DNA of 64,000 bases, from assembly GCA_034003985.1 (NCBI GenBank), contig JAVEXP010000003.1, forward strand, positions 122,643 through 186,642, given 5' to 3'. The stretch's first letter is position 1. Every line of letters starts with the position of its first letter. This DNA is from Patescibacteria group bacterium. Lineage in GTDB: Bacteria; Patescibacteriota; Patescibacteriia; Buchananbacterales; UBA6539. The position numbers and the translations under genes are program-made. The notes under the pieces are model-generated. The model saw nothing but the letters and a program-made list of their open reading frames with translations. It had not been told where the DNA came from and searched no databases. Shown here piece after piece: positions 27,237 to 36,650 of the stretch.

Positions 27237-29571
27237 TTTTTCGTCGGATAATTCTAACAATTTCAGCAAAAACCTCGGCATCTCCCAATCCTTTACTAAA
27301 TGATTCTCGATTATGATAATATTGGGGATTTTTATTTTTTTGCTCCGCTTCTGTGCTTAAAGCATTACCAATTGAAATAACCCGGCCAACGGTATCCTCA
27401 ACCGAACCGATCTCTAAAGATATTTCCCCTTCTTTTATGGTCGGATCATTGGCAACAATTTTTCCATCTTGTCTTTGTTTGCCTTCACGATCAATTCTTA
27501 AACTTAAAGCCCTTTTCCGGCTATCCGAATCAATATCTAAATCAATTGGTCTATCCGAAAATAAAAAGTTGACTCTGGCTTCACTGTCAAATTCTCTTTG
27601 CTGGTTTCTGTCTGGATAAGCCACACCATATTCGCGAAGCTGAATGGTTAAATAAGAGACTTGGCCATTGTGTTCAACTGAAAAATTGTAGCTTTCAGGC
27701 ACACCCTCTTCCACATTTATTAACTCAAATTGATAACTTTCATTTTCATCCTCTGTTTCTACCAAAGCAATAATTTGATCCAAGGCCAATCGATATTGTT
27801 TCAAAGACTGAATTATTTCTTGACTACTGCCGCTAGCAAGCTGCTTAGTTCTTTCATAAAATCTTGCTTTTGCCTTGCCTTTGCCGGCAATCGCCGCGGC
27901 GGCATATAAAATATCCTTGGCCCGGCGCATTATAGCTTCGGCACATTGAGCCGGAAAATCCTCCCTAAGAGAATCAAATAATTCGCTTGAAGTAAACTCT
28001 TCAGTACTATTTATTGTTTCTGCCAGATGTTTAGCGCTTTTAATTAAACTATTATATTCAGCAAAAATTTCCGCTGCTTCTTCTTCCGGTAGCTTTGTAC
28101 CCATTTCAATAATTATATTTCCAACATTATCACTATATTCACAGGCTAAAAAAGTTCTTAAGCCGTCTAAACCAAATTTTTTGGAAAAAGCAATAACTTG
28201 ATTATAATTTTCTTGATTAATGAAAGCATAAGTGGTTAAAGCGTTTTGCTCTCTCAAAGAAAGATTATGAATACCCAAACCAGCCTGTTCAGTTAGATCA
28301 CGAGATAACTCCTGGAGTTTATTGTATTCCCGAACAGCGTTGAAATCCGCCACCCTTTGGGCATAATCTTCGGGAGTTTCATCCTGCCGCCTTGGACTTA
28401 ATTCAGTAGCGCTGAAAGGAACGGGTTTTGGCGCGTCAGCATCTCTTTTTCCAAAAAATATATCACCTGATTTGGGCTTACGCCCCCGCTTTTTCTCAAA
28501 TTCGGTGATTCTTTTTTGAATCTGTTCAGGATTAGCCGGATGAAAAACATGATTCACTTTTCTCACACCTTTTGTTTCATCAACAATACCATACAAATCT
28601 TCGGCCAACTTAACAAATAATTTTCCCTGAAATTCACTGCCCAAAATATATCTTGGACTAAAAGATTGAATCTGGCCGGCTTCATCTTGCCACCTTGTTT
28701 GAACAGAAACGCCGCCAACCCTGTCTTTAATTTCTCTTTCGCTGCGGATATCTTCCGAAGTTTTGCTCCCTTCACATTGATTAAAATCTTTGGCGGTTAA
28801 CATTCCGCTCTTCTTTAAGTTGGCATATTCCGGCAAATTAATTGCTCTCTTTGGCGCGGCCCAGATGTCAATTTGCCCGCCTGATTTGGTCCGGCCGCGC
28901 GAAGCGACTTTAATGCCACTTACTGCACCACTACCACCAGACCGAATGCCTTTATTAGTTATCCAGTCAGAATTCAAAGGGATAAAATCTTTTGATTCAG
29001 ATGATTTTCTAACCATTAAATGACCGTTTTCGTCCCGATAACCAGCGCCATAATTCGGATGAAATATCCTTAAAGCCAATTCCGCTTCTTCGCCGGAATA
29101 ACCAAATTGCTCCTGATAAAACTGATTGATACTTGACCACCTACCTGGAACTTCCGAAATAGATAAATAAAAATCGGCGTCTTGAATCGCCGTCTTGTCA
29201 AAAGCCTTGTCTTTGGACGGAATATAAAAAAGCGGCTTAGGTTCAATATCGGCTTCACCGCTTTGTTTTCTTTCCCAGTCGGAGCGGGAATAAACCGACT
29301 TGTCTTGAAAATAACTTAATAATTCCTTTTGAAAACTGCTACGACCGGCTTTGCGCGCCGATTCGATATCCGGCAAAGCTCTGATAGCATCAGTTTGTTT
29401 AGAAATTTTATCTAAATCACAAATTACTTCGCCATCTGAGCCAAATTCAAAAAATTTTTCTTTTTCCAAATAATTCGCCAACTTTTCGCACAAAGCCTCA
29501 TCACCATCTTCTCCAGTATCTTCTTGATCGTATTTTTCCAGATTTAAACCATTTTCAAATCCTTGACGCAT
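27181..29571 (-). CDS. large (796 aa) acidic hypothetical protein, no recognised domain
   Basis: Long uninterrupted ORF. 3' end overlaps the convergent TrmB gene by 56 nt. Confidence 0.5.
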   Translation of the reverse strand: MRQGFENGLNLEKYDQEDTGEDGDEALCEKLANYLEKEKFFEFGSDGEVICDLDKISKQTDAIRALPDIESARKAGRSSFQKELLSYFQDKSVYSRSDWERKQSGEADIEPKPLFYIPSKDKAFDKTAIQDADFYLSISEVPGRWSSINQFYQEQFGYSGEEAELALRIFHPNYGAGYRDENGHLMVRKSSESKDFIPLNSDWITNKGIRSGGSGAVSGIKVASRGRTKSGGQIDIWAAPKRAINLPEYANLKKSGMLTAKDFNQCEGSKTSEDIRSEREIKDRVGGVSVQTRWQDEAGQIQSFSPRYILGSEFQGKLFVKLAEDLYGIVDETKGVRKVNHVFHPANPEQIQKRITEFEKKRGRKPKSGDIFFGKRDADAPKPVPFSATELSPRRQDETPEDYAQRVADFNAVREYNKLQELSRDLTEQAGLGIHNLSLREQNALTTYAFINQENYNQVIAFSKKFGLDGLRTFLACEYSDNVGNIIIEMGTKLPEEEAAEIFAEYNSLIKSAKHLAETINSTEEFTSSELFDSLREDFPAQCAEAIMRRAKDILYAAAAIAGKGKAKARFYERTKQLASGSSQEIIQSLKQYRLALDQIIALVETEDENESYQFELINVEEGVPESYNFSVEHNGQVSYLTIQLREYGVAYPDRNQQREFDSEARVNFLFSDRPIDLDIDSDSRKRALSLRIDREGKQRQDGKIVANDPTIKEGEISLEIGSVEDTVGRVISIGNALSTEAEQKNKNPQYYHNRESFSKGLGDAEVFAEIVRIIRRKIKEHYGSHHKALDLPAAA

Positions 29572-29693
29572 AAAAATTTAAGGATAACTAATTTTGATTA
29601 TTAGTTTATATTTTAACATTTTTTTTCTAAAAAGTCAAATTAATAATTAAACCAAGTTGGCAATTTGACCGATGTGTCGTAAAATAGAATCAT

Positions 29694-30608
29694 ATGAATA
29701 AATTAATCAACCAATTTTTAGAATACCTGGAAATCGAAAAAGGCCGAAGCCTGAACACGGTTCAGAATTATCATTTTTATCTCAACCGTTTTGCCGAGTG
29801 GTCAAAAATAAAAAAGCCTGAGCAGATAAATCAAGATTTGGTCAGGAGCTATCGTATTTGGCTCAACCGTCAAACTGACAACCGAGGTGAAGTCCTGGAA
29901 AAATCAACCCAAAATTATCACCTGATTGCCCTAAGATCATTTTTAAAATATTTGTCCAAGATTGATGTCAACTCAATGGCACCGGAAAAAATTGAACTGG
30001 CCAAAATGCCGCAACGCCAAGTTGATTTTTTGGAAGGCCCTGACTTGGAAAGATTATTAGAAGCACCGCTGAAAAGCGCGGAACCAGAAATCATTAAGCT
30101 ACGCGACAAGGCGATTTTGGAATTATTATTTTCAACCGGCTTGCGGGTCTCGGAACTTTCCAAACTCAACCAAGACCAAATCAATTTAGCCAAAGAAGAA
30201 TTTACCGTCCGTGGCAAAGGCAGCAAATTACGGGTGGTTTTTTTGTCTAATCAGGCCAAACATTGGCTAAAGCAATATTTGGAAAAAAGAAAGGATCTAT
30301 CCCCCAGCCTATTTGTCCGTCACGACCGGGCCAAGGGTAAAAAAGAAGCAGAAAATCTAACACCCCGAAGCATTCAGCGGCTGATTAAAAAGTATGCCAA
30401 AGAAGCTGGGATTGCCAAAGACATCACACCCCACACCATGCGCCACAGTTTTGCAACAGATCTGCTGATTAATGGCGCCGACATTCGTTCCGTCCAATCA
30501 ATGCTGGGACATTCCTCAATTACCACCACCCAAATTTACACTCACTTAACAGATCACCAGCTGCGTGAAGTTTATAAAACTTTCCACCAACGCCAAAGAC
30601 GCAAGTAA
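29694..30608 (+). CDS. tyrosine recombinase, XerC/XerD family
   Basis: R..HxxR..Y catalytic signature: HTMRHSFATDLL...LGHSSITTTQIYTHL. Confidence 0.8.
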   Translation: MNKLINQFLEYLEIEKGRSLNTVQNYHFYLNRFAEWSKIKKPEQINQDLVRSYRIWLNRQTDNRGEVLEKSTQNYHLIALRSFLKYLSKIDVNSMAPEKIELAKMPQRQVDFLEGPDLERLLEAPLKSAEPEIIKLRDKAILELLFSTGLRVSELSKLNQDQINLAKEEFTVRGKGSKLRVVFLSNQAKHWLKQYLEKRKDLSPSLFVRHDRAKGKKEAENLTPRSIQRLIKKYAKEAGIAKDITPHTMRHSFATDLLINGADIRSVQSMLGHSSITTTQIYTHLTDHQLREVYKTFHQRQRRK

Positions 30609-30656
30609 TAATTGACTTTTAACAAAATTTCGGCTATAATCATTTTGTTTTATTAC

Positions 30657-30731
30657 GCCCCTGTAGTTCAACGGATAGAACGAGGGCCTTCTAAGCCTTA
30701 GATCAAGGTTCGATTCCTTGCGGGGGCACCA
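30657..30731 (+). tRNA. tRNA-Arg (anticodon TCT)
   Basis: Cloverleaf folds. Anticodon loop CTTCTAA. Encoded CCA. Confidence 0.8.
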
Positions 30732-30755
30732 GAAAAGTTTAACCCCTGATTATAA

Positions 30756-30830
30756 GCCCCCTTAGTTCAACGGATAGAATGTGGGCTTCCGGAGCCTAAG
30801 ATGTAGGTTCGATTCCTACAGGGGGCACCA
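30756..30830 (+). tRNA. tRNA-Arg (anticodon CCG)
   Basis: Anticodon loop TTCCGGA. T-arm GTAGG-TTCGATT-CCTAC. CCA encoded. Confidence 0.75.
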
Positions 30831-30846
30831 GTAGAAAATTAAATAT

Positions 30847-30922
30847 GGTGGCCTTGGTGAAACGGTTATCACGCGAGTTTGTGGCACTCGCATTACGGGT
30901 TCGATTCCCGTAGGCCACCCCA
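30847..30922 (+). tRNA. tRNA-His (anticodon GTG) with G-1
   Basis: Anticodon loop TTGTGGC. Extra 5' G pairs with discriminator C. CCA encoded. Confidence 0.8.
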
Positions 30923-31019
30923 AAAAAATATCTCCCCTTAATTGGGGAGGTATTTTTTGTTATAATAAATGTATAAAAAATAAATATTTCAAATAATAAA
31001 TAATTAACCAGAGCTAGTT

Positions 31020-31409
31020 ATGAAAGGATTCATAATCAACTTAGAAAAAGAAACCCTGGAAAATCAAAATTACCGCCAGGTGCTGTACACTTCACACCAT
31101 AGTCAGCTGGTATTAATGAGCCTGAAACCAGGCGAAGAAATCGGCGAAGAGGTTCATGATTTAGACCAATTTATCAGGCTGGAACAAGGCCGCGCTAAAG
31201 TTATTTTGGACGGAGTGGAAACTGAAATGACCAAAGACTGGGCGGTGGTTATTCCGGCCGGCGCCCGCCACAATGTCATCAACACTTCCAGCGACGAGGA
31301 ATTAAAGCTTTATTCCGTCTATTCCCCGCCGGAACACAAAGACGGAACCACTCACCAAACCAAGGCCGATGAAAAAGAAGAGCATTTTGACGGCCACACT
31401 ACTGAGTAG
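31020..31409 (+). CDS. cupin-domain protein
   Basis: 129 aa, cupin His/Glu motif region (GEEIGEEVHDLDQ...HNVINTS). Confidence 0.6.
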   Translation: MKGFIINLEKETLENQNYRQVLYTSHHSQLVLMSLKPGEEIGEEVHDLDQFIRLEQGRAKVILDGVETEMTKDWAVVIPAGARHNVINTSSDEELKLYSVYSPPEHKDGTTHQTKADEKEEHFDGHTTE

Positions 31410-31423
31410 CAATCAAGAAATTC

Positions 31424-31450
31424 AAAAACCACCCAGCAGGGTGGTTTTTG
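31424..31450. terminator. bidirectional intrinsic terminator
   Basis: CCACCC-agca-GGGTGG hairpin flanked by A5 and T5. Confidence 0.75.
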
Positions 31451-31462
31451 AATTGAGAAAAA

Positions 31463-31948
31463 TTAATTAAAAAATTTAGCAATACCCTTGCCGACTAAAT
31501 TGGTGATAATTATTACCAAAACGGCAATAAACAAATGCTCAGCCGTGGCACTCCAAGGATTTTCTTGCTTGGCCTGGGCGATTTTAAAACTCAAAATACT
31601 CAAAGATAGAATTCCCCAGACAACACTAACAATCACCGCCATCGTAATCGGAAAAATTATTACCGGAACAATAAAAGTAAGAGCAAAAATAAACTTGGCC
31701 AAAAAAGTAAAGATGGTGGACTGCCAAATTTCTACGCTGGTATGTTGTTTTTCCGATTCTTCGGAAATATGAATACCCAAAGCATCAGAAAAAGCATCAG
31801 CAATCGCGATGGTTAAAATACCACCCAAAACGACCAGTTTGGAATTAGTACTGGAATACAACCCAACCATCAATCCTAAAGTGGTAATAATGGCCGAGGT
31901 CAAACCAAAGCTAACACCGGTTCGCAGGGAATCTTTAATCAAAGGCAT
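31463..31948 (-). CDS. VIT1/CCC1-family (DUF125) membrane protein, putative metal transporter
   Basis: 161 aa. LRTGVSFGLTSAIITTLGLMVGL and following TM segments typical of the VIT family. Confidence 0.55.
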   Translation of the reverse strand: MPLIKDSLRTGVSFGLTSAIITTLGLMVGLYSSTNSKLVVLGGILTIAIADAFSDALGIHISEESEKQHTSVEIWQSTIFTFLAKFIFALTFIVPVIIFPITMAVIVSVVWGILSLSILSFKIAQAKQENPWSATAEHLFIAVLVIIITNLVGKGIAKFFN

Positions 31949-31969
31949 ATTGAGTTAATGATACTCAAT
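31949..31969. promoter_or_regulatory. candidate Fur/Zur box (7-7-7 palindrome ATTGAGT-taatgat-ACTCAAT)
   Basis: Contains the Fur-box-like core AATGATA. Lies between divergent VIT and fur/zur genes. Confidence 0.4.
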
Positions 31970-32038
31970 TATATCAGCACCGTCAATTTATCTGCAGCTA
32001 CTTGCAAATCATTCGCAGTTATGCTAAGCTGCTAAATA

Positions 32039-32412
32039 TGGAAAAAATTTATGAGACTCTAAGAAAAAAAGGTTACAAACTGACAGCACCAAGGTTGGCA
32101 GTTTTAAAAGCCTTGACAAAACAACACAAGCCGCTTTCGGCTCAAGCGGTCTGGCAACAAACTGCGGGCATTAACCTAGCTTCCGTCTACCGAAGTCTAA
32201 ATCTATTTAAAAAACTGAATTTGGTCAATGCGGAAAAATTCAATAATGAAGAAATCTACTGCCTATCAACCAACCATGCCCACCACCACATTATTTGCGA
32301 AAAGTGCGGCTACATTCAAACCTTCAAATGTACTCACAAATTTAAAATAAAAAATTTCACCAACATCAGGCACCAACTGATCTTGGTTGGAATTTGTAAT
32401 AAATGTAACTAA
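32039..32412 (+). CDS. Fur-family metalloregulator (likely Zur)
   Basis: HHHIICEKCG...C..C motifs. Start at MEKIYETL. First gene of the zinc-uptake operon. Confidence 0.75.
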
Positions 32413-33376
32413 TAATATGAAATCAACAACCAAAGTCACTCCCTGGGTAATGCTGACTTTACTGCCAGCAATATTATTATTGGGAGGCTGCACTCAAATT
32501 AATCAAACAAAATCGAACGGCAACCGCCTAACGGTAGCGGCCACAATCTTTCCATTGTACGACATCGCTCGGCAGATTGGCGGCGACAAAATTGATGTTA
32601 AGCTGATTTTGCCCCCTGGTGCCAGTCCACACACTTTTGAAGTTTCCCCCGGACAAATTAGAGAACTGCAAACCACCAAGTTAATCTTAGCTGTTGGGCA
32701 AGGAGCTGACGACTGGACCAACAATTTGGGCGAAGCGATCGGCGCAAAAATTGCGACGGTCGAGAAAAATATTGAATTAAAACCATTTGAACACCAGGAG
32801 CATGAACACCACGAGGAAGATCATGATGATGACGATGATGAAGAAGAAAATGATGAACACCAACACGGACAATTTGATCCTCACTACTGGCTAAGTCCGG
32901 CTAACGCCAAAATCATTGCCCAAAATATTACTGATGAACTCAGCGAACTTGATCCGGCAAATCAAAGTGATTATCAAAACAACGCCGAAAAATTTATTAC
33001 TGAGCTGGCAAATAAAGACCAAGAATGGCATAATAAAATAGGGACTTTGGAAAATAAAAACTTGGTGGTATTCCATGATGCCTGGGGATATTTTGCCGAC
33101 TATTTTGGTTTAGACATTGTCGCTACCTTTGAACCATTTCCAGGAAAATCGCCAAGCCCAAAATATCTGGCCGACTTGGAAAACGAGGTTAAAGCCAAAA
33201 ATATCAAAGCGCTGTTTGTTGAGCCCCAATTATCCCAAGAAGCAATCAATACCATGGCCAAAGATTTAAATGTGGAAGTTAAAGTACTTGATCCTCTAGG
33301 AGGCGCTGACGAACGCAACAGCTATCTTAAACTAATAGATTATAACATTAATAATATTGCCAACACCCTGAAATAA
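32387..33376 (+). CDS. znuA: zinc ABC transporter substrate-binding lipoprotein (ZnuA/TroA family) with His/Asp-rich loop
   Basis: Lipobox LLGGC. HQEHEHHEEDHDDDDDEEENDEHQH loop. Cluster 9 SBP fold motifs. Confidence 0.8.
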   Translation: MEFVINVTNNMKSTTKVTPWVMLTLLPAILLLGGCTQINQTKSNGNRLTVAATIFPLYDIARQIGGDKIDVKLILPPGASPHTFEVSPGQIRELQTTKLILAVGQGADDWTNNLGEAIGAKIATVEKNIELKPFEHQEHEHHEEDHDDDDDEEENDEHQHGQFDPHYWLSPANAKIIAQNITDELSELDPANQSDYQNNAEKFITELANKDQEWHNKIGTLENKNLVVFHDAWGYFADYFGLDIVATFEPFPGKSPSPKYLADLENEVKAKNIKALFVEPQLSQEAINTMAKDLNVEVKVLDPLGGADERNSYLKLIDYNINNIANTLK

Positions 33377-34090
33377 ATGAAAGATTTCATCGAAATCAAA
33401 AACTTAAGTTACGCCTTTGACTCTTATCTGGCCATTGATGATTTGTCATTTGATATCGCCAAAGGTGAAGTAGTGGCAATAATCGGGCCAAATGGTTCAG
33501 GTAAAACAACTCTGCTAAAGAATATTATCGGCATCTATTCACCAACCAAGGGCGAAATAATAATTGACGGGCAAAAACCGCAACAGGTGAGAAAACGAAT
33601 CGGCTATGTACCCCAAAAATTTGAATTTGAACGCAGCACGCCAATTACGGTCAAAGAATTCATGTCGCTAGAAAAATGCAACCAAAAAGCCCATGGGGCA
33701 AAGAATATCAACCAAGCCTTAAATCAAGTTGGGCTTGAAGGAGTAGAGCATAAACGCCTCAGCAGCCTTTCGGGCGGGCAATTTCAACGAGTAATGATTG
33801 CCAGAGCACTGCTTCACGAAAAAGAAATTCTGATATTCGACGAGCCGTCAACCGGCATTGACATCGCCGGCGAGCAGACTATCTATGATCTAATAGTTAA
33901 AATCAATCAAACCAAAGGAACAACCTGTCTGATAGTTTCTCACGAGCTAAACATCGTCAATAAATATGCCCAGCGAGTATTGTGTCTGAATAAAAAAATG
34001 ATTTGTTATGGTATTCCTGAACAAGTCATTAACCCAGAAAATCTAAAAAAGCTTTACGGTATCGGGGCGGGACTTTATCACTCACATTAA
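33377..34090 (+). CDS. znuC: zinc ABC transporter ATP-binding protein
   Basis: Walker A GPNGSGKTT, signature LSGGQFQRV, Walker B ILIFDEP. Confidence 0.85.
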   Translation: MKDFIEIKNLSYAFDSYLAIDDLSFDIAKGEVVAIIGPNGSGKTTLLKNIIGIYSPTKGEIIIDGQKPQQVRKRIGYVPQKFEFERSTPITVKEFMSLEKCNQKAHGAKNINQALNQVGLEGVEHKRLSSLSGGQFQRVMIARALLHEKEILIFDEPSTGIDIAGEQTIYDLIVKINQTKGTTCLIVSHELNIVNKYAQRVLCLNKKMICYGIPEQVINPENLKKLYGIGAGLYHSH

Positions 34091-34094
34091 AAAC

Positions 34095-34919
34095 ATGCCA
34101 GAAATTTTTCAATACCCATTCATGATCAGAGCCATAATTGCCGGGACATTCGTTTCGGTCCTATTGGCTTGGCTGGGAGTTTTTGTAGTCAGCCGAAGAA
34201 TGAGCCTGATTGGTGACGGCATTGCTCATGCTTCCCTGGCGGGGATTGCCTTGGCCCTGCTGGCCGGCTGGGCACCAATGCCAACGGCAATCGTGCTGGC
34301 CATAATTATTGCGATTGTTATCTTTTGGCTGGAGAAAAAAACCAATATTTCAAATGATATGGCTATTGCCATAATACTGACTACCGGTATGGCCATCGGT
34401 GTAGTTCTATTGCACTTTTACCAAGGCTACCAACCGGAACTGATCAGCTACTTATTTGGCAACATTCTAACCATCAATATGCCTGACCTATGGACAATTA
34501 TCATTTCAACTGTGATAATTTTGGCCATCGTGGCATTGAAGTACCGGCAATTATTATTTACTACCTTTGATCCAACCGGCGCTTATTTGGCCGGCATTAA
34601 CCCCGGCCGTTACGATTTAATGTTGTACATCGTTACAGCCATTGCCATAATCTTAAGTATTAAGATAGTCGGCATTGTGCTGGTTAGTGCTCTGCTGGTG
34701 ACCCCCAGCGCCTTCAGCCGACTATTCGCCAAATCATTCAAAAATTTTTTGACGATCACCATCAGTTCTTCAACTCTAATTGTCTTAATCGGATTAATTG
34801 CCTCTTTTTATTTAGACTTGCCCTCTGGCGCCACAATCATTTTGACCAGCACGACGGTTTTTATATTTGGCTACTTACTAAAAAATATTTTAAAGATAAG
34901 AAATGAAAATAAAATATAA
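34095..34919 (+). CDS. znuB: zinc ABC transporter permease
   Basis: 274 aa, 8-9 TM helices, ZnuB/TroCD-like. Confidence 0.8.
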   Translation: MPEIFQYPFMIRAIIAGTFVSVLLAWLGVFVVSRRMSLIGDGIAHASLAGIALALLAGWAPMPTAIVLAIIIAIVIFWLEKKTNISNDMAIAIILTTGMAIGVVLLHFYQGYQPELISYLFGNILTINMPDLWTIIISTVIILAIVALKYRQLLFTTFDPTGAYLAGINPGRYDLMLYIVTAIAIILSIKIVGIVLVSALLVTPSAFSRLFAKSFKNFLTITISSSTLIVLIGLIASFYLDLPSGATIILTSTTVFIFGYLLKNILKIRNENKI

Positions 34920-36030
34920 AATATTATCGTTGCTAATAATCTGTTTACTGATGCCAAGCGGGTTAAATGCTCAAGACAGCCACCCGGAAATTATATTCAA
35001 GGCTCAAGTTACTAAAATCATTGGACAAAACGAAATTACTCGCGAAGACGGTTCAAAGGCAATACAACAAAAATTAGAATTGCTGGGATTGGAAGGCAAA
35101 TTAAAAGACAAAACAATAACTTTTGACGGCACTAAACTTGATATTCTGTCATCGGACCAATACAAAGTCGGCGACAAAGTGATGGTTGATTATATACTCG
35201 AGCCTGATGGAATTGAACAAATATACATCATTGGTTTTGTCCGCACCAACTATATTTATCTCTTGGCTCTAATATTTTCATTGGCGGTCATCCTGATTGG
35301 CGGTTTTAAAGGTCTGCGTTCACTAATAGTGCTGCTGCTTAGTTTTTTCATCATCCTAAAATTCATTATTCCAATGATTTTAGCCGGCTATAATCCCCTG
35401 CTCATCAGCATTATAGGATCAGCGGCAATCTTGATCACGGCAATTTATATTACGGAAGGTTTTAAATTAACTTCAACAATCGCCGTTGGAGCAATTACTT
35501 TATCATTATTAGTCACCGGGTTATTAGCTACCTGGTTTACGGTCTTAACCAGATTAACCGGTTTTGCCAACGAAGAAGCCAGCTACCTAATTGGCATCGC
35601 CGGTGGCAATATCAATATTCAAGGGTTGTTGCTGGCAGGAATAATTATTGGTGCCTTGGGAGTATTAGACGATGTGGTAATATCGCAAGTAGCATTGGTC
35701 GAAGAATTAAAAAAGGCTAACCCTCAGCTCACTCAGAAAAAATTATACCAGCAAGCAATGAAGGTTGGAATTTCCCATTTAAGTTCAATGGTCAATACCC
35801 TATTTTTAGCTTATGCCGGAGCAGCCTTGCCACTGCTGATTTTATTCACCATCAAACAAGCGCCTTTCTTGACTTTCAATCAGGTAATCAATAATGAAAT
35901 CATTGCCACTGAAATAGTTAGAACAATTAGCGGCAGCATCGGCCTAATTTTGGCCGTGCCAATATCTACCTTAATAGCGGCGGTCTTGATTACCGCCAAA
36001 TTTGATAAATTAAAAAACCCTGAGGCCTGA
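34903..36030 (+). CDS. YibE/F-family membrane protein
   Basis: Signal peptide plus soluble domain, then about 7 TM helices. YibE/F-like architecture. Confidence 0.55.
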   Translation: MKIKYKILSLLIICLLMPSGLNAQDSHPEIIFKAQVTKIIGQNEITREDGSKAIQQKLELLGLEGKLKDKTITFDGTKLDILSSDQYKVGDKVMVDYILEPDGIEQIYIIGFVRTNYIYLLALIFSLAVILIGGFKGLRSLIVLLLSFFIILKFIIPMILAGYNPLLISIIGSAAILITAIYITEGFKLTSTIAVGAITLSLLVTGLLATWFTVLTRLTGFANEEASYLIGIAGGNINIQGLLLAGIIIGALGVLDDVVISQVALVEELKKANPQLTQKKLYQQAMKVGISHLSSMVNTLFLAYAGAALPLLILFTIKQAPFLTFNQVINNEIIATEIVRTISGSIGLILAVPISTLIAAVLITAKFDKLKNPEA

Positions 36031-36066
36031 TAAAGGCAATAATATAATTGACAAAATAATAAACAT

Positions 36067-36561
36067 ATGAAAAAAGCACCCATCCCCCAAAATGAAACAG
36101 CGCGCCTGGAGGCCTTAAAACAGTTAGGTATCCTCGACACACCAACTGAAAAAAGATTCGACCAGATAACCAAAGAAGCAACCGCGAAGTTACAGGTACC
36201 AGTTTCAACTATTTCAATAATTGATGAGGATCGAGAATGGTTTAAGTCTTGTCAGGGATTGGACAGCAAAGAAGGAGCGCGAGACATTTCATTTTGCGGT
36301 CATGCCATGCTATCGCGGGAAATATTCATTATTGAGGATACTTTAGAAGATGAAAGATTTAAAGATAACCCATATGTGATCGGCAAGAATGGCATCAGAT
36401 TCTATGCCGGCATTGCTCTGCATGACCAAGCCAGCGGACTGCCAATCGGCGTATTATGCGTCAAAGATTTCAAACCAAAAAAAATGTCATTAGACGAAAT
36501 CGAAATTTTAATGAAATTGGCAGCCAAGGCGGAAGATGAACTAAACTCAACGAAAGCGTAA
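36067..36561 (+). CDS. GAF-domain protein
   Basis: 164 aa, GAF-like fold motifs. Confidence 0.55.
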   Translation: MKKAPIPQNETARLEALKQLGILDTPTEKRFDQITKEATAKLQVPVSTISIIDEDREWFKSCQGLDSKEGARDISFCGHAMLSREIFIIEDTLEDERFKDNPYVIGKNGIRFYAGIALHDQASGLPIGVLCVKDFKPKKMSLDEIEILMKLAAKAEDELNSTKA

Positions 36562-36650
36562 CAATTGGGCAAAAAATTCGTCTAAAAGTAAATATCGCAC
36601 CTCAAATTATTACCCTGGAACTTGGGGTAATAATTTGTTTATAATCAAAT

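Noticed and set aside
29694-30608. The tyrosine recombinase as an integron integrase (IntI) for the nearby repeat array
   Set aside because: The 304-aa length and the C-terminal LGHSSITTTQIYTHL motif fit chromosomal XerC/D better than IntI, which is about 320-340 aa with an extra insertion. It is 4.4 kb from the array with two unrelated genes between them. Kept only as an open possibility in the findings.
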